This document shows positions 22,736 to 35,241 of a stretch of DNA of 45,604 nucleotides, piece by piece. The stretch lies in assembly GCF_003334335.1 (NCBI RefSeq), contig NZ_QOWQ01000036.1, one strand, 5' to 3'. The number at the start of each line of letters is the position of its first letter. Positions within the stretch are counted from its first letter, which is position 1. The position numbers and the translations under genes were made by a program. The notes beneath the pieces are model-generated. The model did no database searches, was not told where the DNA came from, and was given only the letters and a program-made list of their open reading frames with translations. This DNA is from Escherichia coli (GTDB lineage Bacteria; Pseudomonadota; Gammaproteobacteria; Enterobacterales; Enterobacteriaceae).

Positions 22736-23452
22736 TTACGCATTACGTTGCAACAACATCGACTTGATATGGCCGATGGCGCGCGTCGGGTTCAGCCCCT
22801 TCGGACATACACTGACGCAGTTCATGATGCTGTGACAGCGGAATACGCTGAATGCATCACTCAAACCGTCGAGGCGGCTGTCAGTCTCGGTATCACGGCT
22901 ATCAATCAGGAAACGATATGCCGCTAACAAGCCTGCCGGGCCGATAAACTTATCGGGATTCCACCAGAAAGACGGACAAGAGGTTGAACAACATGCGCAG
23001 AGAATACATTCATACAGCCCGTCGAGTTTTTCGCGCTGCTCTGGCATCTGTAAATGCTCGCGAGCTGGCGGATTTTGTCCATTATTCAACAGGTAAGGCT
23101 TAATTTTCTCATATTGCGCATAGAATTGTCCCATGTCTACCACCAAATCGCGGATCACCGGTAAACCTGGCAGCGGGCGAATCACAATCTTCTTGCCCGG
23201 CTGGTTGAGTGCCGAAATCGGGGTAATACAGGCCAGACCATTCTTGCCGTTCATGTTCAGACCGTCGGAACCGCACACACCTTCACGGCAGGAGCGGCGG
23301 AACGACAGGCTGGGATCTTTCTCTTTTAGCTGGATAAGCGCATCCAGCAGCATCATGTCGCGACCTTCATCCGCTTCCAGGGTGTAATCCTGCATACGCG
23401 GAGCATCATCAACATCCGGGTTATAGCGATAAATTGAAAACTCGAGTCTCAT
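22736..23452 (-). CDS. sdhB: Succinate dehydrogenase iron-sulfur subunit
   Basis: 238 aa with Cys clusters for 2Fe-2S/4Fe-4S/3Fe-4S centres. Confidence 0.96.
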   Translation of the reverse strand: MRLEFSIYRYNPDVDDAPRMQDYTLEADEGRDMMLLDALIQLKEKDPSLSFRRSCREGVCGSDGLNMNGKNGLACITPISALNQPGKKIVIRPLPGLPVIRDLVVDMGQFYAQYEKIKPYLLNNGQNPPAREHLQMPEQREKLDGLYECILCACCSTSCPSFWWNPDKFIGPAGLLAAYRFLIDSRDTETDSRLDGLSDAFSVFRCHSIMNCVSVCPKGLNPTRAIGHIKSMLLQRNA

Positions 23453-23467
23453 TTTCCTGTCTCCGCA

Positions 23468-25234
23468 TTAGTAAGTACGAATCTTCGGCGGGAATGCCGG
23501 GCGCAGTTTCGGTTCCATGTTGACGCTTCGGCGCGTCATGGATTCCGACTCTGGCAGATACAGGGAGTGGCACAGCCAGTTTTCATCATCACGATCCGGG
23601 AAGTCGAAGCGGCTATGCGCGCCACGGCTTTCGGTACGGAAGTTGGCAGAAACAGCCGTTGCATACGCCGTTTCCATCAGGTTATCCAGTTCCAGGCACT
23701 CAACGCGCTGGGTGTTGAACTCGCTGGAAGTGTCATCCAGACGGGCATTTTTCAGACGCTCGCGGATCACTTTCAACTGCTCAAGCCCTTTCGCCATCGC
23801 ATCACCTTCACGGAAGACCGAGAAGTTATGCTGCATACATTCTTGCAGCGCTTTACGGATCGCCACCGGATCTTCACCGTTACGATTATTGTTCCAGCGG
23901 TTCAGGCGATCCAGAGACGCTTCAACATCAGACTCGCTGGCATCGCGCAGTGCGCCCTGCTCGGCGATAGACTCTTGCAGATGCAGACCTGCCGCGCGAC
24001 CAAAGACCACCAGGTCCAGCAGCGAGTTGCCGCCCAGACGGTTAGCGCCGTGTACCGATACACAAGCGATTTCACCAACGGCAAACAGTCCCGGAACAAC
24101 CACATCTTCGCCTTTCTCATTCACAGTCAGCGCCTGACCGGTAACTTTGGTCGGAATACCGCCCATCATGTAGTGACAGGTTGGGATAACCGGAATCGGC
24201 TCTTTCACCGGATCGACGTGAGCGAAGGTACGGGAAAGCTCCAGGATACCCGGCAGACGGGATTCGAGAACTTCTTTACCCAGGTGATCGAGTTTCAGTT
24301 TCGCGTGTGGCCCCCACGGACCATCACAGCCGCGACCTTCACGGATTTCGATCATGATGGAACGCGCAACCACGTCACGGCCCGCCAGGTCTTTGGCGTT
24401 CGGCGCATAACGCTCCATAAAACGTTCGCCATGTTTGTTCAGCAGATAACCGCCTTCACCACGGCAACCTTCGGTGACCAGTACGCCCGCACCGGCAATG
24501 CCGGTCGGGTGGAACTGCCACATTTCCATATCCTGCACCGGTACGCCGGCACGGATAGCCATGCCGACACCGTCGCCGGTGTTAATGTGGGCGTTGGTGG
24601 TGGACTGATAAATACGCCCTGCTCCGCCAGTCGCCAGCACGGTAGCGCGGGCTTTGAAATAAACCACTTCACCGGTTTCGATGCACAGTGCGGTACAACC
24701 CACCACCGCGCCATCCTGGTTTTTCACCAGATCCAGCGCATACCACTCGGAGAAAATGGTGGTGTGGTTTTTCAGGTTCTGCTGATAAAGCGTGTGCAAC
24801 AGTGCGTGACCGGTACGGTCAGCTGCTGCCGCAGTGCGTGCCGCCTGCTCGCCGCCGAAGTTTTTCGACTGACCGCCAAACGGACGTTGATAGATACGAC
24901 CATCATCGAGACGCGAGAACGGCAGGCCCATGTGTTCGAGTTCCAGAATCGCTTCCGGCCCGGTTTTACACATATATTCAATCGCGTCCTGGTCACCGAT
25001 ATAGTCCGACCCTTTCACGGTGTCGTACATATGCCATTCCCAGTTATCTTCATGGGTATTACCCAGCGCAACGGTAATGCCGCCTTGCGCAGAAACGGTA
25101 TGGGAACGGGTCGGGAAGACTTTAGAGAGCAGCGCACAGGTCTGGCCGCTCTGGGAAATTTGCAGCGCCGCGCGCATACCTGCGCCACCGGCACCAATCA
25201 CAACTGCATCAAATTCTCTGACTGGCAATTTCAT
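23468..25234 (-). CDS. sdhA: Succinate dehydrogenase flavoprotein subunit
   Basis: ORF begins [23 protein letters not shown]; start placed at MKLPV (588 aa); FAD-binding GxGxxG. Confidence 0.95.
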   Translation of the reverse strand: MKLPVREFDAVVIGAGGAGMRAALQISQSGQTCALLSKVFPTRSHTVSAQGGITVALGNTHEDNWEWHMYDTVKGSDYIGDQDAIEYMCKTGPEAILELEHMGLPFSRLDDGRIYQRPFGGQSKNFGGEQAARTAAAADRTGHALLHTLYQQNLKNHTTIFSEWYALDLVKNQDGAVVGCTALCIETGEVVYFKARATVLATGGAGRIYQSTTNAHINTGDGVGMAIRAGVPVQDMEMWQFHPTGIAGAGVLVTEGCRGEGGYLLNKHGERFMERYAPNAKDLAGRDVVARSIMIEIREGRGCDGPWGPHAKLKLDHLGKEVLESRLPGILELSRTFAHVDPVKEPIPVIPTCHYMMGGIPTKVTGQALTVNEKGEDVVVPGLFAVGEIACVSVHGANRLGGNSLLDLVVFGRAAGLHLQESIAEQGALRDASESDVEASLDRLNRWNNNRNGEDPVAIRKALQECMQHNFSVFREGDAMAKGLEQLKVIRERLKNARLDDTSSEFNTQRVECLELDNLMETAYATAVSANFRTESRGAHSRFDFPDRDDENWLCHSLYLPESESMTRRSVNMEPKLRPAFPPKIRTY

Positions 25235-25581
25235 CACACACCCCACACCACAACGAATCCATAAATCACGTAAACCACCAGTGCAACGACAATCACCAGT
25301 TGCAGCATCAGGCGCAAAGCCAGCGGTTTAACGTAGTCGGTCAACACCTGCCACATGCCGATCCAGGCATGGATCAAGATAGAAAACAGCGCCAGCAGGG
25401 TGAACACTTTGGTGAACGCAGAGGCGAAGAAACCGATCCAGACTTCATATGTCAGCTCGCCACTGGTAGCGAAAAAACCGACCATATAAATGATGTAGAG
25501 CGTCAGGACGATAGCGGTAGCGCGAACGAGGATGAAATCATGTACGCCATTGCGTCCTAATGCGGAGGCGTTGCTTACCAT
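25234..25581 (-). CDS. sdhD: Succinate dehydrogenase membrane anchor subunit
   Basis: 115-aa hydrophobic protein, overlaps sdhA start. Confidence 0.95.
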
Positions 25582-25964
25582 ACGAGGACTCCTGCGAGAA
25601 GTGAAAGCACGACAGTAATAACAAAGGAGATTTTGGCGGAGCGTTTACCCGCTTCGAATGTTTCTTCCAGATAGCCAAAATCCATCATCATGTGGCGAAT
25701 ACCTACGACGACGTGATACGCCAGAGCGGTAAGGATGCCCCACATGATAAATTTGACGAAGAAGCTGCCCATAATCGCGGAAGCTTGCTCGAAACCTTCA
25801 GGGGAAGAGAGGCTGGTACCCAGAAGCCACAGCAGGATGCCCACTGCAACAAAGGTGATCACACCGGAAACGCGATGGAGAATGGACGCTATCGCCGTGA
25901 TGGGGAACCGGATGGTCTGTAGGTCCAGATTAACAGGTCTTTGTTTTTTCACATTTCTTATCAT
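25575..25964 (-). CDS. sdhC: Succinate dehydrogenase cytochrome b556 subunit
   Basis: ORF track gives 134 aa; start placed at [11 protein letters not shown] (129 aa). Confidence 0.93.
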
Positions 25965-26672
25965 GAATAACGCCCACATGCTGTTCTTATTATTCCCTGG
26001 GGACTACGGGCACAGAGGTTAACTTTCTGTTACCTGGAGACGTCGGGATTTCCTTCCTCCGGTCTGCTTGCGGGTCAGACAGCGTCCTTTCTATAACTGC
26101 GCGTCATGCAAAACACTGCTTCCAGATGCGAAAACGACACGTTACAACGCTGGGTGGCTCGGGATTGCAGGGTGTTCCGGAGACCTGGCGGCAGTATAGG
26201 CTGTTCACAAAATCATTACAATTAACCTACATATAGTTTGTCGGGTTTTATCCTGAACAGTGATCCAGGTCACGATAACAACATTTATTTAATTTTTAAT
26301 CATCTAATTTGACAATCATTCAACAAAGTTGTTACAAACATTACCAGGAAAAGCATATAATGCGTAAAAGTTATGAAGTCGGTATTTCACCTAAGATTAA
26401 CTTATGTAACAGTGTGGAAGTATTGACCAATTCATTCGGGACAGTTATTAGTGGTAGACAAGTTTAATAATTCGGATTGCTAAGTACTTGATTCGCCATT
26501 TATTCGTCATCAATGGATCCTTTACCTGCAAGCGCCCAGAGCTCTGTACCCAGGTTTTCCCCTCTTTCACAGAGCGGCGAGCCAAATAAAAAACGGGTAA
26601 AGCCAGGTTGATGTGCGAAGGCAAATTTAAGTTCCGGCAGTCTTACGCAATAAGGCGCTAAGGAGACCTTAA
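25965..26672. promoter_or_regulatory. Divergent gltA / sdhCDAB promoter and leader region
   Basis: 708-bp non-coding region between divergently oriented gltA and sdhC; this region is known to carry catabolite/ArcA-regulated promoters and the sRNA-targeted sdhC leader. Individual sites not mapped. Confidence 0.6.
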
Positions 26673-27956
26673 ATGGCTGATACAAAAGCAAAACTCACCC
26701 TCAACGGGGATACAGCTGTTGAACTGGATGTGCTGAAAGGCACGCTGGGTCAAGATGTTATTGATATCCGTACTCTCGGTTCAAAAGGTGTGTTCACCTT
26801 TGACCCAGGCTTCACTTCAACCGCATCCTGCGAATCTAAAATTACTTTTATTGATGGTGATGAAGGTATTTTGCTGCACCGCGGTTTCCCGATCGATCAG
26901 CTGGCGACCGATTCTAACTACCTGGAAGTTTGTTACATCCTGCTGAATGGTGAAAAACCGACTCAGGAACAGTATGACGAATTTAAAACTACGGTGACCC
27001 GTCATACCATGATCCACGAGCAGATTACCCGTCTGTTCCATGCTTTCCGTCGCGACTCGCATCCAATGGCAGTCATGTGTGGTATTACCGGCGCGCTGGC
27101 GGCGTTCTATCACGACTCGCTGGATGTTAACAATCCTCGTCACCGTGAAATTGCCGCGTTCCGCCTGCTGTCGAAAATGCCGACCATGGCCGCGATGTGT
27201 TACAAGTATTCCATTGGTCAGCCATTTGTTTACCCGCGCAACGATCTCTCCTACGCCGGTAACTTCCTGAATATGATGTTCTCCACGCCGTGCGAACCGT
27301 ATGAAGTTAATCCGATTCTGGAACGTGCTATGGACCGTATTCTGATCCTGCACGCTGACCATGAACAGAACGCCTCTACCTCCACCGTGCGTACCGCTGG
27401 CTCTTCGGGTGCGAACCCGTTTGCCTGTATCGCAGCAGGTATTGCTTCACTGTGGGGACCTGCGCACGGCGGTGCTAACGAAGCGGCGCTGAAAATGCTG
27501 GAAGAAATCAGCTCCGTTAAACACATTCCGGAATTTGTTCGTCGTGCGAAAGACAAAAATGATTCTTTCCGCCTGATGGGCTTCGGTCACCGCGTGTACA
27601 AAAATTACGACCCGCGCGCCACCGTAATGCGTGAAACCTGCCATGAAGTGCTGAAAGAGCTGGGCACGAAGGATGACCTGCTGGAAGTGGCTATGGAGCT
27701 GGAAAACATCGCGCTGAACGACCCGTACTTTATCGAGAAGAAACTGTACCCGAACGTCGATTTCTACTCTGGTATCATCCTGAAAGCGATGGGTATTCCG
27801 TCTTCCATGTTCACCGTCATTTTCGCAATGGCACGTACCGTTGGCTGGATCGCCCACTGGAGCGAAATGCACAGTGACGGTATGAAGATTGCCCGTCCGC
27901 GTCAGCTGTATACAGGATATGAAAAACGCGACTTTAAAAGCGATATCAAGCGTTAA
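26673..27956 (+). CDS. gltA: Citrate synthase (type II)
   Basis: 427 aa with the conserved citrate synthase active-site region (GFGHRVYK). Confidence 0.97.
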   Translation: MADTKAKLTLNGDTAVELDVLKGTLGQDVIDIRTLGSKGVFTFDPGFTSTASCESKITFIDGDEGILLHRGFPIDQLATDSNYLEVCYILLNGEKPTQEQYDEFKTTVTRHTMIHEQITRLFHAFRRDSHPMAVMCGITGALAAFYHDSLDVNNPRHREIAAFRLLSKMPTMAAMCYKYSIGQPFVYPRNDLSYAGNFLNMMFSTPCEPYEVNPILERAMDRILILHADHEQNASTSTVRTAGSSGANPFACIAAGIASLWGPAHGGANEAALKMLEEISSVKHIPEFVRRAKDKNDSFRLMGFGHRVYKNYDPRATVMRETCHEVLKELGTKDDLLEVAMELENIALNDPYFIEKKLYPNVDFYSGIILKAMGIPSSMFTVIFAMARTVGWIAHWSEMHSDGMKIARPRQLYTGYEKRDFKSDIKR

Positions 27957-27986
27957 TGGTTGATTGCTAAGTTGTAAATATTTTAA

Positions 27987-28016
27987 CCCGCCGTTCATAT
28001 GGCGGGTTGATTTTTA
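27987..28016 (+). terminator. Intrinsic terminator of gltA
   Basis: cccgcc-gttcatat-ggcggg stem-loop followed by ttgatttttat. Confidence 0.85.
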
Positions 28017-28345
28017 TATGCCTAAACACAAAAAATTGTAAAAATAAAATCCATTAACAGACCTATATAGATATTTAAAAAGAATAGAACAGCTCAAATT
28101 ATCAGCAACCCAATACTTTCAATTAAAAACTTCATGGTAGTCGCATTTATAACCCTATGAAAATGACGTCTATCTATACCCCCCTATATTTTATTCATCA
28201 TACAACAAATTCATGATACCAATACTTTAGTTTTGCATTTAATAAAACTAACAATATTTTTAAGCAAAACTAAAAACTAGCAATAATCAAATACGATATT
28301 CTGGCGTAGCTATACCCCTATTCTATATCCTTAAAGGACTCTGTT

Positions 28346-28912
28346 ATGTTTAAAGGACAAAAAACATTGGCCGCACTGGCCGTATCTCTGCTGTTCACTG
28401 CACCTGTTTATGCTGCTGATGAAGGTTCTGGCGAAATTCACTTTAAGGGGGAGGTTATTGAAGCACCTTGTGAAATTCATCCAGAAGATATTGATAAAAA
28501 CATAGATCTTGGACAAGTCACGACAACCCATATAAACCGGGAGCATCATAGCAATAAAGTGGCCGTCGACATTCGCTTGATCAACTGTGATCTGCCTGCT
28601 TCTGACAACGGTAGCGGAATGCCGGTATCCAAAGTTGGCGTAACCTTCGATAGCACGGCTAAGACAACTGGTGCTACGCCTTTGTTGAGCAACACCAGTG
28701 CAGGCGAAGCAACTGGGGTCGGTGTACGACTGATGGACAAAAATGACGGTAACATCGTATTAGGTTCAGCCGCGCCAGATCTTGACCTGGATGCAAGCTC
28801 ATCAGAACAGACGCTGAACTTTTTCGCCTGGATGGAACAAATTGATAATGCAGTCGATGTCACGGCAGGTGAAGTAACCGCTAACGCAACCTACGTGCTG
28901 GATTATAAATAA
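28346..28912 (+). CDS. ybgD: Fimbrial subunit (chaperone-usher pathway)
   Basis: 188 aa; signal peptide (AAVYA), Cys pair, C-terminal beta-strand typical of pilins. Confidence 0.85.
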   Translation: MFKGQKTLAALAVSLLFTAPVYAADEGSGEIHFKGEVIEAPCEIHPEDIDKNIDLGQVTTTHINREHHSNKVAVDIRLINCDLPASDNGSGMPVSKVGVTFDSTAKTTGATPLLSNTSAGEATGVGVRLMDKNDGNIVLGSAAPDLDLDASSSEQTLNFFAWMEQIDNAVDVTAGEVTANATYVLDYK

Positions 28913-28962
28913 GTATTATTTTGGCGGCATCATCGCCGCCTTTCATAAAATATTTATCAGGT

Positions 28963-31419
28963 ATGGACACCGTGAATATTTATCGACTCTCTTTTGTATC
29001 CTGCCTGGTCATGGCGATGCCTTGCGCAATGGCGGTCGAATTCAATCTGAATGTTCTCGATAAATCAATGCGCGACCGCATTGATATTTCATTATTAAAG
29101 GAAAAAGGAGTCATTGCTCCCGGTGAATATTTTGTTAGCGTTGCGGTGAATAACAACAAAATCAGTAATGGGCAAAAAATTAACTGGCAAAAAAAGGGTG
29201 ACAAAACCATTCCATGCATCAATGATTCACTGGTCGATAAATTTGGTTTAAAACCAGATATCCGTCAGTCCTTGCCACAGATAGATCGGTGTATTGATTT
29301 CAGTTCCCGACCTGAAATGCTCTTCAATTTCGATCAAGCCAATCAGCAACTGAATATTAGTATTCCGCAAGCCTGGCTGGCGTGGCACTCAGAAAACTGG
29401 GCTCCCCCCTCTACATGGAAAGAAGGTGTTGCCGGTGTCCTGATGGATTACAACTTGTTTGCCAGCAGCTACCGCCCACAGGACGGCAGCAGCAGCACTA
29501 ACCTGAATGCCTACGGTACCGCCGGAATTAACGCCGGGGCATGGCGCTTACGCAGTGATTACCAGCTTAATAAGACCGATAGCGAAGATAACCATGACCA
29601 GTCAGGCGGAATATCGCGCACCTATCTTTTTCGTCCATTACCGCAATTAGGCTCTAAGTTAACCCTCGGCGAAACCGATTTCAGTTCCAATATTTTCGAT
29701 GGTTTTTCTTATACCGGCGCGGCACTGGCGAGTGACGATCGAATGTTACCGTGGGAGCTGCGTGGCTACGCCCCACAAATTAGCGGTATTGCACAGACCA
29801 ATGCCACGGTGACGATCAGTCAATCAGGCCGCGTCATTTACCAGAAAAAAGTCCCGCCAGGCCCGTTTATTATTGATGACCTCAATCAGTCTGTTCAGGG
29901 CACGCTGGATGTCAAAGTGACGGAAGAAGATGGTCGGGTGAACAATTTCCAGGTTTCGGCAGCATCGACGCCCTTCCTGACTCGCCAGGGACAGGTTCGC
30001 TATAAATTGGCCGCGGGTCAGCCACGGCCTTCCATGTCACATCAAACTGAAAATGAAACCTTTTTTAGCAATGAAGTTTCCTGGGGGATGCTCTCAAACA
30101 CCTCGCTGTACGGCGGCCTGCTGATTTCTGATGATGACTACCATTCTGCCGCAATGGGTATCGGGCAAAATATGCTGTGGCTTGGCGCACTGTCCTTTGA
30201 TGTCACCTGGGCCAGTAGCCATTTTGATACTCAGCAGGACGAGCGGGGCTTAAGCTACCGTTTTAATTACAGCAAACAAGTGGATGCCACCAACAGCACG
30301 ATTTCGCTCGCCGCTTATCGCTTCTCAGATCGTCATTTTCACAGCTACGCCAACTATCTGGATCACAAATACAACGACAGCGATGCGCAGGACGAAAAAC
30401 AGACGATCAGCTTATCCGTGGGCCAACCGATTACCCCACTAAACCTCAATCTTTACGCCAACCTGCTACATCAAACCTGGTGGAATGCAGACGCCTCCAC
30501 GACCGCCAACATCACAGCAGGTTTTAATGTTGATATTGGTGACTGGAGAGATATCTCGATTTCGACGTCATTCAATACGACCCACTACGAAGATAAAGAT
30601 CGCGACAACCAGATTTATCTGTCGATTTCGCTCCCCTTCGGTAACGGTGGTCGGGTTGGCTATGACATGCAAAACAGTAGCCACAGCACCATACACCGCA
30701 TGTCGTGGAACGATACGCTGGATGAACGTAATAGCTGGGGCATGTCTGCCGGACTGCAATCCGATCGTCCGGACAATGGAGCCCAGGTGAGCGGTAACTA
30801 TCAGCACCTGAGTTCAGCGGGTGAGTGGGATATTTCTGGTACCTATGCCGCCAGTGATTACAGTTCCGTCAGCAGCAGCTGGAGCGGTTCTTTCACCGCA
30901 ACCCAATATGGTGCAGCATTTCATCGCCGCAGCTCCACCAATGAACCACGCCTGATGGTCAGCACCGATGGCGTGGCAGATATTCCGGTTCAGGGCAATC
31001 TCGACTACACCAACCATTTTGGCATTGCGGTGGTGCCGTTGATTTCCAGTTACCAGCCTTCCACCGTGGCGGTGAACATGAATGACTTACCCGACGGCGT
31101 AACAGTTGCAGAAAACGTCATCAAGGAAACATGGATTGAAGGCGCGATAGGTTACAAATCACTGGCTTCCCGTTCCGGTAAAGACGTTAACGTCATCATA
31201 CGCAACGCCAGCGGTCAGTTCCCTCCCCTCGGTGCGGATATCCGCCAGGATGACAGCGGCATTAGCGTGGGTATGGTTGGCGAGGAAGGACATGCCTGGT
31301 TAAGCGGTGTCGCTGAAAATCAACTGTTTACCGTGGTCTGGGGTGAGCAAAGCTGCATTATTCATCTGCCAGAACGTCTGGAAGACACGACCAAACGCCT
31401 GATTTTACCTTGTCATTAA
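28963..31419 (+). CDS. ybgQ: Outer-membrane fimbrial usher (FimD/PapC family)
   Basis: Large ORF with signal peptide ending CAMA; start at ATG 28963 or GTG 28972 uncertain. Confidence 0.88.
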   Translation: MDTVNIYRLSFVSCLVMAMPCAMAVEFNLNVLDKSMRDRIDISLLKEKGVIAPGEYFVSVAVNNNKISNGQKINWQKKGDKTIPCINDSLVDKFGLKPDIRQSLPQIDRCIDFSSRPEMLFNFDQANQQLNISIPQAWLAWHSENWAPPSTWKEGVAGVLMDYNLFASSYRPQDGSSSTNLNAYGTAGINAGAWRLRSDYQLNKTDSEDNHDQSGGISRTYLFRPLPQLGSKLTLGETDFSSNIFDGFSYTGAALASDDRMLPWELRGYAPQISGIAQTNATVTISQSGRVIYQKKVPPGPFIIDDLNQSVQGTLDVKVTEEDGRVNNFQVSAASTPFLTRQGQVRYKLAAGQPRPSMSHQTENETFFSNEVSWGMLSNTSLYGGLLISDDDYHSAAMGIGQNMLWLGALSFDVTWASSHFDTQQDERGLSYRFNYSKQVDATNSTISLAAYRFSDRHFHSYANYLDHKYNDSDAQDEKQTISLSVGQPITPLNLNLYANLLHQTWWNADASTTANITAGFNVDIGDWRDISISTSFNTTHYEDKDRDNQIYLSISLPFGNGGRVGYDMQNSSHSTIHRMSWNDTLDERNSWGMSAGLQSDRPDNGAQVSGNYQHLSSAGEWDISGTYAASDYSSVSSSWSGSFTATQYGAAFHRRSSTNEPRLMVSTDGVADIPVQGNLDYTNHFGIAVVPLISSYQPSTVAVNMNDLPDGVTVAENVIKETWIEGAIGYKSLASRSGKDVNVIIRNASGQFPPLGADIRQDDSGISVGMVGEEGHAWLSGVAENQLFTVVWGEQSCIIHLPERLEDTTKRLILPCH

Positions 31420-31433
31420 TTAAGGAAAAGAGA

Positions 31434-32162
31434 ATGACATTTATTAAAGGATTACCCTTAATGTTGTTAACCATCAGCTTGGGTTGCAATGCTGCGGTGC
31501 AACCCGATCGCACACGCATTGTGTTTAACGCCAATGACAAAGCCACCAGCCTGCGTATCGAAAACCAAAGTGACAAACTGCCTTATCTTGCTTATTCCTG
31601 GATAGAAAATGAAAAAGGGGAGAAAAGCGATGCTCTTCTGGTCGCTTTGCCCCCTATTCAACGTCTGGAACCGAAAGCGACATCGCAGGTGCGGGTTGTG
31701 AAACAAGCCTCAACCACACAATTACCTGGCGATCGCGAAACGCTATTTTTCTACAATATGCGCGAAATTCCTCCCGCTCCGGATAAAAGCAGCGACCATG
31801 CGATACTTCAGGTCGCTATTCAAAGTCGTATTAAATTGTTCTGGCGACCGGCTGCATTACGCAAGAAAGCAGGAGAAAAGGTCGAACTGCAGTTACAGGT
31901 CAGCCAGCAGGGCAACCAACTGACACTGAAAAATCCTACCGCGTATTATCTGACCATTGCCTATCTGGGGAGAAATGAAAAAGGCGTTCTCCCAGGCTTC
32001 AAAACCGTGATGGTTGCACCTTTTAGTACGGTCAACACAAACACCGGAAGTTATAGCGGCAGCCAGTTTTATCTCGGTTACATGGATGATTACGGCGCAT
32101 TACGCATGACGACGCTCAACTGCAGCGGACAATGCCGTTTACAAGCAGTGGAGGCGAAATGA
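31434..32162 (+). CDS. ybgP: Periplasmic fimbrial chaperone (PapD-like)
   Basis: Start placed at MTFIKGLPL (242 aa); two-domain immunoglobulin-like chaperone signature. Confidence 0.88.
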   Translation: MTFIKGLPLMLLTISLGCNAAVQPDRTRIVFNANDKATSLRIENQSDKLPYLAYSWIENEKGEKSDALLVALPPIQRLEPKATSQVRVVKQASTTQLPGDRETLFFYNMREIPPAPDKSSDHAILQVAIQSRIKLFWRPAALRKKAGEKVELQLQVSQQGNQLTLKNPTAYYLTIAYLGRNEKGVLPGFKTVMVAPFSTVNTNTGSYSGSQFYLGYMDDYGALRMTTLNCSGQCRLQAVEAK

Positions 32163-33220
32163 GTGCTGGCAAGGGATTGTTGCTCGTCATCTGCCTGTTA
32201 TTTCTGCCGTTGAAGTCTGCAATGGCGCTGAACTGCTATTTTGGTACATCTGGTGGCGCAGTAGAAAAATCAGAAGCGATTCAACCGTTTGCTGTACCAG
32301 GCAATGCCAAACCCGGTGATAAGATCTGGGAATCTGACGATATTAAAATTCCCGTCTATTGTGACAACAATACCAACGGCAACTTTGAAAGCGAGCATGT
32401 CTACGCCTGGGTAAACCCCTATCCGGGGGTGCAGGATCGTTATTATCAACTCGGCGTGACATACAACGGTGTCGATTACGATGCCAGTCTGGGAAAAAGT
32501 CGCATCGACACTAACCAGTGTATCGACAGTAAGAACATTGATATTTATACCCCTGAGCAGATCATCGCGATGGGATGGCAGAACAAAATTTGCTCGGGCG
32601 ATCCCGCTAATATTCATATGTCGCGTACCTTTCTCGCTCGCATGCGGTTATACGTCAAAATACGAGAAATGCCGCCGCATGATTATCAAAGTACGCTTAG
32701 CGACTATATCGTCGTGCAATTTGACGGTGCCGGTAGCGTTAACGAAGACCCTACTGCCCAAAACCTGAAATATCATATTACTGGTCTGGAAAACATTCGC
32801 GTGCTGGATTGCAGCGTCAATTTTTCCATTTCACCGGAAACACAGGTGATTGATTTTGGTAAATTTAATTTGCTGGATATACGTCGCCACACAATGTCGA
32901 AAACGTTCAGTATTAAAACGACCAAGAGCCAAAACGATCAATGCACCGACGGATTTAAAGTCAGTTCCTCCTTTTATACCGAAGAAACGTTGGTTGAAGA
33001 AGATAAAGCATTGTTGATTGGTAATGGTCTGAAGCTACGTTTACTGGATGAAAACGCCTCGCCTTATACCTTCAATAAATATGCTGAATACGCCGATTTC
33101 ACCAGTGACATGTTGGTCTACGAAAAAACCTATACGGCTGAACTTTCGTCCATTCCAGGCACCCCCATCGAGGCTGGCCCCTTCGATACAGTGGTGCTTT
33201 TTAAGATTAACTATAACTGA
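32159..33220 (+). CDS. ybgO: Large fimbrial subunit / putative tip adhesin
   Basis: Start at MSAGKGLLL (353 aa), ATGA overlap with ybgP stop; size suggests a two-domain adhesin. Confidence 0.8.
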   Translation: MSAGKGLLLVICLLFLPLKSAMALNCYFGTSGGAVEKSEAIQPFAVPGNAKPGDKIWESDDIKIPVYCDNNTNGNFESEHVYAWVNPYPGVQDRYYQLGVTYNGVDYDASLGKSRIDTNQCIDSKNIDIYTPEQIIAMGWQNKICSGDPANIHMSRTFLARMRLYVKIREMPPHDYQSTLSDYIVVQFDGAGSVNEDPTAQNLKYHITGLENIRVLDCSVNFSISPETQVIDFGKFNLLDIRRHTMSKTFSIKTTKSQNDQCTDGFKVSSSFYTEETLVEEDKALLIGNGLKLRLLDENASPYTFNKYAEYADFTSDMLVYEKTYTAELSSIPGTPIEAGPFDTVVLFKINYN

Positions 33221-33228
33221 TTTACCAT

Positions 33229-33262
33229 GATGCCCTTTGCCGCCGGAAAGGGCATCTCTTTC
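33229..33262 (+). terminator. Putative intrinsic terminator after the fimbrial operon
   Basis: gatgcccttt-gccgccgg-aaagggcatc hairpin followed by a short T-containing tract. Confidence 0.5.
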
Positions 33263-33371
33263 AGAAAATTGCTGATTTTCCCCTTTTCCTTGATTGCTGT
33301 TATTTTTTCCTGGCCCAGCTTTCTTTATGCTGTATCGATACACCAAAGAGAAAATAATGAGGGAGCGAAGG

Positions 33372-34418
33372 ATGCCAGTTTTGCAGTGGGGAATGTTATG
33401 TGTGCTATCACTTCTCCTTTCTATTGGTTTCCTCGCGGTACATCTCCCGGCGGCGCTATTACTTGGGCCGATGATCGCCGGGATCATCTTTAGTATGCGC
33501 GGAATTACTCTGCAACTTCCCCGCTCTGCTTTTCTCGCCGCCCAGGCCATTCTTGGCTGCATGATTGCGCAAAACCTCACTGGTTCGATTCTCACCACCC
33601 TGGCCGTCAACTGGCCGATCGTGCTTGCAATTTTACTGGTAACGCTGCTTTCCAGCGCCATTGTGGGTTGGTTATTGGTGCGCTATAGCTCATTGCCTGG
33701 AAATACCGGTGCCTGGGGCTCCTCTCCTGGCGGCGCGGCGGCAATGGTCGCTATGGCGCAAGATTACGGCGCAGATATTCGCCTGGTGGCGTTTATGCAA
33801 TATCTGCGAGTGCTGTTCGTCGCGGGGGCCGCTGTTCTGGTCACCCGCATGATGCTGGGCGATAACGCTGAAGCGGTTAACCAGCATATCGTCTGGTTCC
33901 CGCCAGTGAGCATTAATCTCCTGCTTACTATTTTGCTCGCGGTCGTTGCCGGTACAGTGGGATGCCTGCTGCGTCTTCCTTCCGGCACGATGCTCATCCC
34001 GATGCTGGCGGGCGCAGTGCTCCAGTCTGGTCAGCTCATCACCATCGAACTACCGGAATGGCTGCTGGCGATGGCGTATATGGCAATTGGCTGGCGGATT
34101 GGTCTTGGTTTCGATAAACAAATCTTACTGCGGGCACTACGCCCGCTACCGCAAATCCTGCTGTCGATTTTTGCTCTGCTGGCTATTTGTGCGGGTATGG
34201 CGTGGGGGCTGACCCGGTTTATGCACATTGATTTTATGACTGCCTACCTCGCCACCAGCCCCGGCGGGCTTGATACCGTGGCGGTCATCGCCGCAGGGAG
34301 CAATGCCGATATGGCGCTCATTATGGCGATGCAAACCCTACGCCTGTTCAGTATTTTGCTGACAGGGCCTGCCATTGCGCGGTTTATTTCAACCTATGCG
34401 CCGAAGCGGTCGGCCTAG
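33372..34418 (+). CDS. abrB: AbrB-family membrane protein (putative regulator/transporter)
   Basis: ORF track gives 374 aa; start placed at MPVLQWGML (348 aa); polytopic membrane protein. Confidence 0.85.
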
Positions 34419-35206
34419 TGCTGGCAGCCAGGGCACCAGTAAAACGGGCGAGATGACAGCGTGGTTTTCTCAATGATGCTGCCACAACGTTCGCACGGTT
34501 CGCCATCTCGATGAAAAACCTTAAAGCGAAACAGCGCCCCATGATGCTTATTCTCATCCACCTGCCCCCGCGTAGCGTAGGAAAATCGAGGAATCTCCAG
34601 TAACGCGTGTGCGAGTGCATCCAGTTGCGCCGCATTGAGATCTTTCGCTTTATGATTTCCAGTCAACCCAACCTGCCAGAGGATCTCCACCCGCAAATAA
34701 TTGCCAAGCCCAGCCAGAAACGCCTGATCGAGCAGTAATCCAGCAAACTGACGGTTACGAAAGCGCGGCGACAATAATCGTTCTTTCACCACCTCCGGCG
34801 TCAGATTCGGATCCAGCACATCGGGACCAACGCGTTGTAAAAACGGATGCGTGGTCAGTTGTTCCGGGGTCAACATCTCAATATCCGAGGCGCTATAAAG
34901 CAGAATGGTTTTGTCAGCCGTTTGCAGTTTTACCCGCAATACTCGCGTGGTCTGCGGCTCTTCGCCGGTATCAACCACGCGCCAGACGCCGTAAAGCTGA
35001 TTATGGCTGTAGAGCGTTAAGTCGTTGGAAAAATGAGTTAACAACGCCTTACCACGCGTTTCCACATGGGTAACGTGTTGACCGATAAGTTGTGATTGAT
35101 AAGGTTTTAACTGCGGGAAGGCAAACCAGACATCAGTTAGTGGTTTGCCTTTGATCGCCGCCTCCAGGTTATCCGCTGCACGGCGGATCTCCGGGCCTTC
35201 AGGCAT
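34415..35206 (-). CDS. nei: Endonuclease VIII (DNA glycosylase/AP lyase)
   Basis: 263 aa; N-terminal MPEGPEI catalytic Pro, C-terminal zinc finger (CxxC...CxxC). Confidence 0.95.
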
Positions 35207-35241
35207 GGTGATATCCTTTTTTCATTCTTTATTAATCGGGG

